A stretch of DNA of 26,851 nucleotides from a virus (lineage: Duplodnaviria > Caudoviricetes). Positions 1 through 7,994 of this stretch are shown piece by piece. Location: IMG/VR virus record IMGVR_UViG_3300011439_000040, positions 1-26,851 of that record, one strand, 5' to 3'. Each line of letters opens with the position of its first letter. The stretch's first letter is position 1. The notes beneath the pieces were generated by a model that was not told the origin of the DNA, made no database searches, and was given only the letters and a program-made list of their open reading frames with translations. The translations under genes and the position numbers were made by a program.

Positions 1-1
1 C

Positions 2-721
2 ATCGCCAAGCGGGAGTCAGGAGGCAGGGCCACGGCCTACAACCCCGACCGCTCGACGGGCGACGACAGCTACGGCCTCTTCCAGATCAACATGCTCGGC
101 GGCATGGGTCCCTCCCGGCGCAAGCAGTTCGGGATCAAGCGCAACGAGGATCTCTACGACCCGCTCGTCAACGCCAAGGCTGCCTTCCAGATGTCGAAGG
201 GCGGCAAGGACTTCGGTGCCTGGGGCGTGGGGCCGAACGCCTACCGCAAGACTGCGCCGCTCGACTTCTCCGGGTGGGAGCAGGCGGTGAAGGTGAAGGC
301 TCCGCCTCACGGGGCGAAGAGCCTCGCGCCCATCGACAACGTGCTGGAGGGCGGCGGCGTCGGAGCGCAGGCGGTGCGGCAGGCGGCGACCCAGCTTGGC
401 GACCCGTACCTGTTCGGTGCCACCTCGGTCGGTGCCGACCCGAAGAACTTCGACTGCTCCTCGCTGGTGCAGTGGAGCTACGCGCAGCTTGGCGTCAAGA
501 TCCCACGTGACACGTGGGGCCAGCAGAAGGCGCTGCCGCTGAAGTCGTGGTCAGACCTGCGGCCCGGCGACCCGATCTACCGCAAGAGCGGAGGCCACGT
601 GGTGATCTATGCGGGAGGCGGCAAGGTCATTGCCGCCCCCCACACAGGGACTGTGGTGCAGTACCAGCCCCTCACGAACTTCCCGCCCTCGGGCTGGGAG
701 GTTCGCTCGATCAGTCGCTAG
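2..721 (+). CDS. Virion-associated peptidoglycan hydrolase, lysozyme/SLT-like domain + C-terminal NlpC/P60 (5'-truncated)
   Basis: Frame open from base 2: IAKRESGG..SYGLFQIN..LYDPLVNAKAA (SLT motifs), then GDPYLFGA..FDCSSLVQWSY..GHVVIYAGGGKVIAAP (NlpC/P60 Cys-His). Confidence 0.85.
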   Translation: MAKRESGGRATAYNPDRSTGDDSYGLFQINMLGGMGPSRRKQFGIKRNEDLYDPLVNAKAAFQMSKGGKDFGAWGVGPNAYRKTAPLDFSGWEQAVKVKAPPHGAKSLAPIDNVLEGGGVGAQAVRQAATQLGDPYLFGATSVGADPKNFDCSSLVQWSYAQLGVKIPRDTWGQQKALPLKSWSDLRPGDPIYRKSGGHVVIYAGGGKVIAAPHTGTVVQYQPLTNFPPSGWEVRSISR

Positions 722-935
722 GGTCCCCCACCCCAGCGCCCTTCTCTGGTCGGAGGGTACGCCCCGCCCCGCTTAGATACCCCTTCTCGACCAGAGCTTT
801 GAGGTGCTGTTGCACCGTTGCTGTTGATGCGTACCCGAGGATCTCGCAGATCTGCCTGACCGTCGGCGGGTACCCGTTGTCATCGATGAACTCGGCCACG
901 CAGTCGAGGACGCGCTGCTGCGAATCGGTGATCAC
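711..935 (-). CDS. LexA-type winged-helix DNA-binding domain protein (no peptidase domain)
   Basis: MITDSQQRVLDCVAEFIDDNGYPPTVRQICEILGYASTATVQQHLKALVEKGYL matches the LexA N-terminus. GGAGG SD; the GTG start overlaps the upstream TGA. Confidence 0.85.
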   Translation of the reverse strand: MITDSQQRVLDCVAEFIDDNGYPPTVRQICEILGYASTATVQQHLKALVEKGYLSGAGRTLRPEKGAGVGDPSD

Positions 936-1669
936 GATGCTGCCACCTCCCTGATGTCGGCGATGAACTCGGTCCGGTGCTGCATCGCCCAGGCGAGGAC
1001 GGCGACCATCGTGTGGTAGCGGACGAGGCGCTGGGTCACGTCGGTGCCGAAGCCCAGCACCACGGCGAACTGCTCGATCCACTCGTCAAGCACGTCCGCT
1101 CCGACCTCGGCGTCGTCCGGCACGATCAGGGTGTACGTCTTCGAGCCACGCTTGTGGCCCACCGCCCTCTTCACGGGCCGCGTGTAGCCGCAGGAGTCAC
1201 ACTGCTGGCCCGGCTCAAGGTCGAGGTGACCGTGGGCGGTGGAGCGTGTCTCCACCTTCTGTGCTGCGTGGACGGCACGGGTTGCCACCGGATCGACGGG
1301 TGCCTCCGACCAGGGCTGCGGGTGGAGCAGACCCTGATGGATCCAGCCTCCCTCCACGACGAGCGACTCGGCCTCCAGCCAGATGAACGTCTCGTCCGAC
1401 TCCAGTCGGATCATCGCCGCGTGTCCGCCGATCCCTCCGGTCACGTTGTTGTGGTGGCGCATGCACAGCCCGATGATGTTCGAGATCACCCGCCCCGACG
1501 GCAGCCGGACCCAGTCGTAGGGCTGGCCTCGCAGGAACGAGCGCGACCAGAGGTGGTGCCCCTGCTGGCTCAGGCTGATGCAGCCGGGGGCGCAGCAGGT
1601 TCTCTCGACCGGGCGAGGCTTGCCCTCGACGCCACGGATATCCGGGTGGACGGCGGGAGCGAGGGTCAC
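932..1669 (-). CDS. HNH-like endonuclease / Zn-binding protein
   Basis: CCAPGC..GHHLWSRS..NIIGLCMRHHNNV pattern plus CDSC; coupled to both neighbours by overlaps. Confidence 0.6.
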   Translation of the reverse strand: MTLAPAVHPDIRGVEGKPRPVERTCCAPGCISLSQQGHHLWSRSFLRGQPYDWVRLPSGRVISNIIGLCMRHHNNVTGGIGGHAAMIRLESDETFIWLEAESLVVEGGWIHQGLLHPQPWSEAPVDPVATRAVHAAQKVETRSTAHGHLDLEPGQQCDSCGYTRPVKRAVGHKRGSKTYTLIVPDDAEVGADVLDEWIEQFAVVLGFGTDVTQRLVRYHTMVAVLAWAMQHRTEFIADIREVAAS

Positions 1670-1857
1670 CGGATCAGCCCCTGACGCAGCGCCAGCGCCA
1701 CCGCCTGGGTGGTGGTGACCGCGCCGAGCTTCTCCCTCACGCTCTTGGTGTGGGTCTTCACCGTGTGAGGCGAGATGCCGAGGTGCCAGGCTGCGCCCTT
1801 CGCACTACCGTGGTCGGCGACCGCCTGCAGGGCCTTCGCTTCGGAGGGCAGGATCAC
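1666..1857 (-). CDS. LuxR-type HTH stand-alone regulator
   Basis: AWHLGISPHTVKTHTKSVREKLGAVTTTQAVALALRQGLI is a typical LuxR/GerE C-terminal domain. Confidence 0.9.
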   Translation of the reverse strand: MILPSEAKALQAVADHGSAKGAAWHLGISPHTVKTHTKSVREKLGAVTTTQAVALALRQGLIR

Positions 1858-2048
1858 CGCAAGCTCCGCAGTTGATTGAGGACGGCGAGCGAGGAGAGCA
1901 GGAAGACGAGCGCGAAGATCCCCAACACCGGGGAGGTGAAGATCGTCCCGAGCAGGGAGCAGAGGGTGAGCAGGACGAGGATGATCAGCACCACCGTGAG
2001 GTGGGTGATCTCGCCCAGGTTCTCCGCTCCGTAGTCGTCGTCACTCAC
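1854..2048 (-). CDS. Small membrane protein (2 TM)
   Basis: Two long hydrophobic stretches; overlaps both neighbours. Confidence 0.75.
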   Translation of the reverse strand: MSDDDYGAENLGEITHLTVVLIILVLLTLCSLLGTIFTSPVLGIFALVFLLSSLAVLNQLRSLR

Positions 2049-2271
2049 TGGGTGGGACCTTCCGCGAGAACCCCATCGGTCCGTCCATGCCGGGACCGCC
2101 CATCGGGATCGAGGTGATGGCTACGCCGTCACCCTGGAAGGTGGACTCGGGCATCGTCTGGAGGATCTCCAGCGCGGACTTGACCACCTCGACGCGCTGG
2201 TCGGGTGGGCACTCCAGCGACACCGAGGTGTGACCCACCGTGCGCTGGACGTAGATCCGAACCTTGCTCAT
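2041..2271 (-). CDS. Hypothetical protein (76 aa, MSKVRIYVQR...)
   Basis: TGATG coupling with the upstream gene; GGAG SD. Confidence 0.65.
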   Translation of the reverse strand: MSKVRIYVQRTVGHTSVSLECPPDQRVEVVKSALEILQTMPESTFQGDGVAITSIPMGGPGMDGPMGFSRKVPPSE

Positions 2272-2474
2272 CAGAACTCCACGTCCATCTCGTCGATGGG
2301 GCGAGGGGTGATGCCGCGCATCGCCGCCTCCTTCAGGATCTCGTCGCAGCGCGGGACGTTGACCTCGGGACCACCCTCGATCAGCCCGTACAGCCGAGCG
2401 GACTCGACGGCGAGCATGAAGTAGGCAGCGTCGGCTGCCTCCTGCCACTCGGCGGGGGTTGTCGGATCGTTCAT
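2271..2474 (-). CDS. Hypothetical protein (67 aa)
   Basis: AAGGTGAG SD, ATGA overlap, typical codon usage. Confidence 0.7.
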   Translation of the reverse strand: MNDPTTPAEWQEAADAAYFMLAVESARLYGLIEGGPEVNVPRCDEILKEAAMRGITPRPIDEMDVEF

Positions 2475-3427
2475 AGCTCACCTTCCATAGCGGGACAGAC
2501 CTTGCGCCAACCGCAGTTGGTGCAGGGGCTGAAGGACATCGACCAGTCCGCGAACCTACCCATCGTCGGCCACGTCTCGTCGGGACCGTAGGTCGTGTAC
2601 ATCCAGGCGATCATGTTCGCGATCTGGGCTGCGGACTTGATCACGTTCTCGGTCTTCACCTCGTTCGGCGTGAAGACCATGTCCGGGGACTCAAGCCCGG
2701 TCGTGATCTTCGGCGTCTTCGCACGGGAGATCGAGTGATACTCGACAGGCAGGCTGGTCATCGCCGAGTAGAGCGTGGCCTGCAGCATCCACGACGGCTT
2801 CAGCTTCGAGACGGACTGCTTGCCCGTCTTCGTGTCGATCACCCGGTCCGGCACCCAGATGTCCTCTCCTCCCCCTTCGAGGTCGGCATCCAGGTAGCCC
2901 GTCCGCACGTCGATGTAGCCGAGGATCGGCACAACCAGGCGCGGGTCACGGATGTACAACTCCTCTTCGAGGGCGAGAGGCTGGAGCCGGGGCACCACGT
3001 CTTCGTGGTAGCGGATCAGGATCCGCTCGGCGTCGAGCCGCATCGTGTCCACTCCCTTGACAGCGTCACCGCTGTCCCAGGAGATCTCGTCTGCACCGCC
3101 CTGCTCTTCGAGGACCTTCGGGATACCCACGTCCTGCAGGTACTCGACCACCTCGGCGGTCGGTCGGTCCACGTGGCTCTCGATCTTCTGGGCGTAGTTG
3201 AACTCGACCCCTTCGTGGAAGGCGGAGCCGATCACCAGTCCTTCACCAGGCCGCTCCTTCTCGCCGAGGATGTAGCGGTGGCGGAACTGCTCGGGGCAGC
3301 GGCGGAACATGCCGATGCTCGTCGCGCTCAGGTGGCGGATCCTGTCCGGCCACCCGAGCGCAGACGGAGCTTCCTCGGGCGGGGCCACGGAGGCAACCCC
3401 ACCCAGGAACTGTTCGAGGCTGCTCAT
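2471..3427 (-). CDS. PD-(D/E)xK exonuclease, RecB/AddB/Cas4-like with probable Fe-S cysteine staple
   Basis: HLSATSIGMFRRCPEQF, GSAFHE, GYID..IDTKTG, QATLY, C-terminal CTNCGWRKVC. Start taken at MSSLEQ (ATGA overlap). Confidence 0.85.
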   Translation of the reverse strand: MSSLEQFLGGVASVAPPEEAPSALGWPDRIRHLSATSIGMFRRCPEQFRHRYILGEKERPGEGLVIGSAFHEGVEFNYAQKIESHVDRPTAEVVEYLQDVGIPKVLEEQGGADEISWDSGDAVKGVDTMRLDAERILIRYHEDVVPRLQPLALEEELYIRDPRLVVPILGYIDVRTGYLDADLEGGGEDIWVPDRVIDTKTGKQSVSKLKPSWMLQATLYSAMTSLPVEYHSISRAKTPKITTGLESPDMVFTPNEVKTENVIKSAAQIANMIAWMYTTYGPDETWPTMGRFADWSMSFSPCTNCGWRKVCPAMEGEL

Positions 3428-3639
3428 GCTGCAGCCCCAATCTGACTGCGGAGCCAGCGCACCGCATCCTCGGAGCCGAGGCCGACGGTGGCCTCCGGGG
3501 CGTTGGACTTGATCGTCCAGTCCCCCCTCGTCCCGAGCTTGCGGAGACGCTCGATGGCTTCGCTGCACTGGTCGCAGCAGGACTCCAGCCCGAGGCTGAT
3601 CGCCCTGTCTCTGATCTCGACTGCTTCTCCTACGGTCAT
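3424..3639 (-). CDS. Hypothetical protein (71 aa, CCDQC)
   Basis: ACACGGAGGT RBS at 3645-3654. Confidence 0.75.
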   Translation of the reverse strand: MTVGEAVEIRDRAISLGLESCCDQCSEAIERLRKLGTRGDWTIKSNAPEATVGLGSEDAVRWLRSQIGAAA

Positions 3640-3752
3640 GGCTTACCTCCGTGTTTGGACTTGGCCTTGCACTTGTCACAGAAGGGCGGCTTCGCCGGGT
3701 CAGCGCTCGGCTCGCAGCGGTTGTAACAGTGGGCGTTAGAGCAGACGGTCAC
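3636..3752 (-). CDS. 38-aa Zn-finger mini-protein (not in ORF track)
   Basis: MTVCSNAHCYNRCEPSADPAKPPFCDKCKAKSKHGGKP; GTGA overlap at its start and ATGA overlap at its stop fill the gap exactly. Confidence 0.7.
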   Translation of the reverse strand: MTVCSNAHCYNRCEPSADPAKPPFCDKCKAKSKHGGKP

Positions 3753-4003
3753 GCCGCCACTTCGTACTGGAAGTGGTCATCGACCAGCAGCACCTCGCAC
3801 TGCATGTCGGCCTTCGACTTCCCGCTCCTGGTCGAGTACTGAGTGCGGTCGTACCAGCGAGCGCCAGCACCCCGCGCCTGGAGCGCCTCGACCAGACCCT
3901 CGTTGCGCGTCATCACCAGCACGACCGTGCGGTCACGCATGTAGGTGAGGAAGTCCACCTTCGGCGAGGACTGAAGCTGCGCGACGAACTCCTCCTTCGT
4001 CAT
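3749..4003 (-). CDS. Hypothetical protein (84 aa)
   Basis: TGATG coupling with the ssb-like gene. Confidence 0.7.
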   Translation of the reverse strand: MTKEEFVAQLQSSPKVDFLTYMRDRTVVLVMTRNEGLVEALQARGAGARWYDRTQYSTRSGKSKADMQCEVLLVDDHFQYEVAA

Positions 4004-4737
4004 CAGAACGGGATGTCGTCGTCACCGGGGGGCTGGCTGTAGCCGTAGTCGGCGGGGTTCTCGTACCCCTGTGCCTGCTGCTGCTGCGGCTGGGCCTCGG
4101 CAGCCTGGTGCTGCTGCTGTCCCTGCGGCTGCGGCGGCTGCACCGGGTTGACGTTCCACTGCACCCCGGAGTCGAAGTACTTGACGAGTTGCTCCGAGAT
4201 CGCAACCAGGGAGGCGAGGTTCTGCTGGTCGGGCTGCAGGTACTGCAGCAACTGGACCGACACCTTGGCTGCAGCCTGGCGGTGGATCTGCTTGGTGCGG
4301 AGATCCTCGGTCGGTTGCACTTGCGGAACCTGCTGCATGACAGGCTGCTGCTGCACGGGCTGCGGCTGGAACGACTGCGGCTGCATCACCGGGGTCGTCA
4401 CAGGCTGCGGCGACTGGATCGGCTGCGGCGGCATGAACTGCTGCGGCTGGATCTGGGTCGGCGCACCGACGAGATCCACCTGTCCGAAGGCGAGCGCCTC
4501 CAGGTAGCGGTTGGTGTACGGCTGCCCGTTGTGCGGGTTGATGTTCGTGGAGTCCTGCTCGTTGTAGCCAGCGGTCACGACCTGCCCCATCATCTGCTGG
4601 GCGAGGCCGATCAACTCCTGCCGCTTGGTCGAGAGCTTCGTCGGATGCTCCCTGCCCTGGGCGTGGATGGCGACGGCTACCCAGCCGCCATTGCGTTGCT
4701 CAAGACCAGTGATGGTCCCGATGATCTGCTGATCCAT
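4003..4737 (-). CDS. ssb: Single-stranded DNA-binding protein-like, with Q/P-rich linkers
   Basis: Beta-rich N-terminus, acidic C-terminal tip PGDDDIPF, near the exonuclease; ACACGGAGGA RBS. Confidence 0.7.
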   Translation of the reverse strand: MDQQIIGTITGLEQRNGGWVAVAIHAQGREHPTKLSTKRQELIGLAQQMMGQVVTAGYNEQDSTNINPHNGQPYTNRYLEALAFGQVDLVGAPTQIQPQQFMPPQPIQSPQPVTTPVMQPQSFQPQPVQQQPVMQQVPQVQPTEDLRTKQIHRQAAAKVSVQLLQYLQPDQQNLASLVAISEQLVKYFDSGVQWNVNPVQPPQPQGQQQHQAAEAQPQQQQAQGYENPADYGYSQPPGDDDIPF

Positions 4738-4738
4738 G

Positions 4739-5368
4739 TCACTCCTCCGTGTTGGTGGTGTCCGGCATTGTACCGAACAACTGTGCGGCTTGCACTGGCG
4801 CGGGTAGGCGTGGGCCTCCCGCGTACGTCCGGTTGAACCTGTTCAGGTACTCGCTCACGATTGCCACCTGTGCCTGGTTGCAGTCCGGGCACGGGGCGTA
4901 CACGTCGTGGCCGTGCCGCTCGGGGATGTACTTCGAGGGGTCGGTCAGCCACTCCGCTGGCGGCTTCGCCTTCGGCTTCTTCGCTGTCTCTGCCATCCAC
5001 GCCGTCAGTGTCGGCTGGCGGTAGCCAGCATGGACGACGCGCAGCCCATCGCACGTCGTGCAGTAGGCGCGGTCGTGGGTGACGTAGGTGGTCGGCGCGG
5101 TCTGCGCCTCCAGCATCCCGTCGAGGTTCGGCCAGTGCTTGGCGAGGGCGGTGGGCGTGAGCAGCGCACCGTCCATCACCTTACGGTACGTGTTGGCCTT
5201 GGCCTCGATGACGAGAGCAAGCTCTCCGTCGTCCAGGTCGGTCGTCGCCGAGCGGATGTCGGCGAGGGCCTTGTTCAGTGCGCCTCGGGCGGTCGGCGTC
5301 AGTGCGGTGATGTCGATCCCGCACACCTCGGCCAGCTTCTCGAAGCTGAGATCACGTTCACGGGCCAA
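4739..5368 (-). CDS. Hypothetical protein, possible replication initiator (helical domain + CxxC..CxxC)
   Basis: TPTALAKHWPNL, CTTC, CPDC; adjacent to ssb. Function inferred from position only. Confidence 0.55.
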   Translation of the reverse strand: MARERDLSFEKLAEVCGIDITALTPTARGALNKALADIRSATTDLDDGELALVIEAKANTYRKVMDGALLTPTALAKHWPNLDGMLEAQTAPTTYVTHDRAYCTTCDGLRVVHAGYRQPTLTAWMAETAKKPKAKPPAEWLTDPSKYIPERHGHDVYAPCPDCNQAQVAIVSEYLNRFNRTYAGGPRLPAPVQAAQLFGTMPDTTNTEE

Positions 5369-5561
5369 AGAGATCCCCCTGTCCTGTTGAGCCGCTGTAC
5401 TTGCGGCGGGTGTGGCACTGCTCGCACATCACGGTCCCGGTCAGAGTGCGGTCGAAGACCGTTCCCTTCCCGCCCTTCGACCAGCCGATGATCTCCCACC
5501 AGCCTTCGGCGTCACGCTCGATCACGTTGCCGCACTGCGCGTAGTTGACGCAGCGGGTCAT
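5358..5561 (-). CDS. Zn-finger protein (67 aa)
   Basis: MTRCVNYAQC...MCEQCH; ATGA overlap at the start. Confidence 0.7.
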   Translation of the reverse strand: MTRCVNYAQCGNVIERDAEGWWEIIGWSKGGKGTVFDRTLTGTVMCEQCHTRRKYSGSTGQGDLFGP

Positions 5562-5980
5562 CGGTGATCGTTCAGGCCGAAGCGGCCCTCCACCTGGATC
5601 GGCTGCTTCACCTTCAGCTTGATCGCGTCGAGCCTCTCCTCGGCGTACTCCTCGCCGAAGATGTGGACGAGCATCGACTCGTAGCGGGTGCCGTGGTTCT
5701 CCCAGCCGAGCAGCCACACCCCCTCACGCCCCTTCACGTCACCCGCTGCGAGCAGCGGCATCGTGGTCGGGTCGTACTCGTTGGCGAGGAAGAGGTAGAT
5801 CTCCGACGCTGCGCCGGGACCCCAGAGATCCTCATCGATCTGGAATCCCTCGATGGGCATGTCCTCCATCCGAGAGGTGAACCCCTCGGGAACGGCGTAG
5901 CTCGGGTTCACCTCGACGGGCAGGCCGACCGGGTACTCGCGCCGCATCCGCTTGTCACGCCAGGCGTCGATGTTGCTCAT
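5558..5980 (-). CDS. Hypothetical protein (140 aa)
   Basis: ATGA overlaps on both sides; typical codon usage. Confidence 0.75.
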   Translation of the reverse strand: MSNIDAWRDKRMRREYPVGLPVEVNPSYAVPEGFTSRMEDMPIEGFQIDEDLWGPGAASEIYLFLANEYDPTTMPLLAAGDVKGREGVWLLGWENHGTRYESMLVHIFGEEYAEERLDAIKLKVKQPIQVEGRFGLNDHR

Positions 5981-6990
5981 CGGTCCCAGTTCCAGACCCG
6001 CTGCTTCACGATCAGGTCAAGGTCCTCTGGACCCTTGACGTACTCACCGATGTACTTCTGCTTGTGCCGTCCCTCGCTCGGGTACCACTGGTTGCGCCAG
6101 TGGCCGGACACGATCCAGCGGTGGGTGTACTCACGCGCTGATCCGTTCTCGCTCTGCTCGTCGCCCTCCTTGGCGGAGCGGCGGCGGCGAAGCTCGATCA
6201 CCCGCAAGATCGAGGGCGGCAGCTTGAACCGCTGCGCCTCCCGCCGGGCGGCACGTCCTGCCTGGCGAGGGTCGGACTGCACGATCTTCTCGGCCATGAG
6301 TTTCTGCATGACTCTCCAAAAGAGGAGCCAGCTTGCGTTGCGGTCGCCCTCGCCTGAGATCTCGCGCTCGTCCGACATGTAGCGGAGCGGGATCGCCGTC
6401 GCATGCGCGATCCCCCACTGGAACGCGAACCGCTCCGGGTTGCGAAGCTCGGCGGTCAACTCCGGGTTCTCGTCGGTGAAGTCGTCGTCGTCCCAGACCC
6501 ACGACGCCTGCATGAAGCGGACGCCAGCCTCTGGCTCGCCCTCCATCGAGAGGTCGTAGGTGTAGCCGATGGGACCGGACTCGTCGTTGACGAACTTGAC
6601 CATCGGGTCGATGGTCTTCCAGTACAGGATCCGCCAGCCCACGCTCTTGCCGTTGATGTCCGCCGACAGGAACGGGTGAGGCAGGACGAGGAAACCGTCC
6701 TTCAGGAAGATGTCATCGAGCAGGATCGGCTCGGTCGGGTCGAACCCGTACATCGCCTTCTGGCACAGGTCCATCATCTCGGTCGTCATCCAGAGGATGT
6801 CGGTGTTGACCGCGTCGATGGCCGCGTGTTGGAACGCGACCCACGACGGCATCGCTGCCGTCTCTCCGTACTTGTTGTCCCGGTCGGTCAGCCAGGCATT
6901 CATCATCCCCTTGAAGTCGGGGTGGCGGACGAACTTCACGTAGTCCGTGTGCGCGTAGACCGCGTCGTCGTACGTCTCGAACTTCAGCAT
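5977..6990 (-). CDS. Conserved phage protein with C-terminal VxGHWR motif
   Basis: HRWIVSGHWRNQWYPS..YIGEYVKGP resembles a recurrent phage protein family of unknown function; ACACGGAGGA RBS. Confidence 0.8.
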   Translation of the reverse strand: MLKFETYDDAVYAHTDYVKFVRHPDFKGMMNAWLTDRDNKYGETAAMPSWVAFQHAAIDAVNTDILWMTTEMMDLCQKAMYGFDPTEPILLDDIFLKDGFLVLPHPFLSADINGKSVGWRILYWKTIDPMVKFVNDESGPIGYTYDLSMEGEPEAGVRFMQASWVWDDDDFTDENPELTAELRNPERFAFQWGIAHATAIPLRYMSDEREISGEGDRNASWLLFWRVMQKLMAEKIVQSDPRQAGRAARREAQRFKLPPSILRVIELRRRRSAKEGDEQSENGSAREYTHRWIVSGHWRNQWYPSEGRHKQKYIGEYVKGPEDLDLIVKQRVWNWDR

Positions 6991-7004
6991 TCCTTCCTCC
7001 GTGT

Positions 7005-7280
7005 TGTGGTCTTCGATCCATGATTCATGGATCGTGGATCGTGGTACGGGTGTCTTTCCCTGGTAAGGATCGGGGGCTAGAGGCTATAGCTCCAGCGTCC
7101 AAGGTCTAGAGGTGGTTCCCAGGCTCTTACTCGAATGATCCCCTCTTGCAGTCCGGGGCACTCGCGGTGACGCTTGCGCTCCGCTTGCCAGATCCCTTCC
7201 TGCTCACCCGCTCATCGGTGTCCTTGAGTTGCGGGATCCAACCGATCATCCAAACCTCGACTCGGCTCTCGCTGGAGATG
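7005..7280 (-). ncRNA. Candidate long structured 5' leader (leader C)
   Basis: Shares GGATGATC..GATCCCG (7232-7251) and TGGCAAGCGG (7181-7190) with elements A/B. Same operator abuts a candidate -10. 10-bp perfect inverted repeat at 7014-7034. Confidence 0.4.
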
Positions 7281-7284
7281 TCAG

Positions 7285-7314
7285 ATGGTGGCTGCCAGTT
7301 GCTCCTCCCGTCGA
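7285..7314 (-). promoter_or_regulatory. Candidate leftward promoter with operator GCAACTGGCAGC
   Basis: TCGACG-N18-CACCAT; the 12-mer at 7291-7302 is identical to 16229-16240 and has the same register against the -10. Confidence 0.45.
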
Positions 7315-7330
7315 GTAACGACGGGGCTTG

Positions 7331-7339
7331 TGGCATACT
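7331..7339 (+). promoter_or_regulatory. Candidate extended -10 (TGG-CATACT) for a rightward sRNA
   Basis: TGn-CATACT flanked by inverted repeats 7320-7326/7342-7348 and 7307-7313/7319-7325. Confidence 0.45.
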
Positions 7340-7345
7340 CACCCC

Positions 7346-7420
7346 GTCCTTGATCAGCGTCTCGGACATTAGCACGAAGGCCCAGTCTTCACCTCCGTGT
7401 GGCTGGGCCTTCGTCGTTCA
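7346..7420 (+). ncRNA. Candidate trans-acting antisense sRNA with anti-RBS loop
   Basis: Perfect 12-bp stem 7374-7385/7403-7414 plus 2 more pairs. The 13-nt loop UUCACCUCCGUGU is complementary to the ACACGGAGG(UG) RBS motif. Confidence 0.55.
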
Positions 7421-7807
7421 TCGCTTGAGTCGGAGCAGAGCTTCGCTCCCTCGCTTCGCTCCCGTCTCCTCGACCACGTCCACGAAGTCGGAGACTCGGC
7501 GACGGATCGACTCGACCCGCGCTCGCTCCGCCCTCCCGTCGGGACGCACCCGCCCGTAGATCACGATCTCCGCGATCTCGGCTCGGGTGAATCCCTCCGG
7601 GTGGTTCGGTTCATTCGCCTTGATGGCGTCGAAGACGAGCTTGCGGTCACCCTTCAGGTCCACCGTGAACGCGGCCTCATGGGAGGTGGCGGGGTCGGTC
7701 GGCCTGACGATCTTCGAGGGGTCGGGCCTGCGCCCGGATCCCATGCAGTACTGGCAGATGTCGCCTTCGCGCACACCTGTCCCGCCGCACTGGCCGCAAT
7801 CACCCAC
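7418..7807 (-). CDS. DnaJ-type Zn-finger repeats + probable winged-helix protein
   Basis: CGQCGGTG..CQYCMGSG, then RPTDPATSHEAA and FTRAEIAE..IRRRVSDF. Confidence 0.75.
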   Translation of the reverse strand: MGDCGQCGGTGVREGDICQYCMGSGRRPDPSKIVRPTDPATSHEAAFTVDLKGDRKLVFDAIKANEPNHPEGFTRAEIAEIVIYGRVRPDGRAERARVESIRRRVSDFVDVVEETGAKRGSEALLRLKR

Positions 7808-7994
7808 GATGCACCTCCCGTTCCGCCGCCCTCCGGGCGAGGTCGGTCCAGCCCCGCACCTCTCGGTGCCGAGCGTGGAACCTGATCACGTGCTGGATCA
7901 GGTCGTCGGGTGGGCGAGGGACATCCTTCCCCTCGGCCCACTCGATGACCCAGCGGCGGTCCTTACACGGTTGGCAAGGACAGTCGTCCGCCAT
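7800..7994 (-). CDS. Hypothetical protein (64 aa, CPCQPC)
   Basis: AGGAAGGGG SD; overlaps neighbours. Confidence 0.6.
   Translation of the reverse strand: MADDCPCQPCKDRRWVIEWAEGKDVPRPPDDLIQHVIRFHARHREVRGWTDLARRAAEREVHRG

Noticed and set aside
711-935. True lexA or inducible CI repressor
   Set aside because: Only the DNA-binding domain is present; there is no S24 peptidase.
2041-2271. Phage-encoded CsrA homologue
   Set aside because: Only a vague beta-strand/Pro resemblance; lacks the MLxLxR N-terminus and the HRxE motif.
4040-4460. CAG/CCG-rich repeat as a DNA element
   Set aside because: Explained by the Q/P-rich linkers of the SSB-like protein.
7127-7375. 82-aa minus-strand ORF using the motif at 7391-7400 as RBS
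   Set aside because: The motif is 16 or more nt from the in-frame starts and enclosed in a 14-bp hairpin; codon usage is atypical and the region carries promoter and RNA motifs. Not fully excluded.
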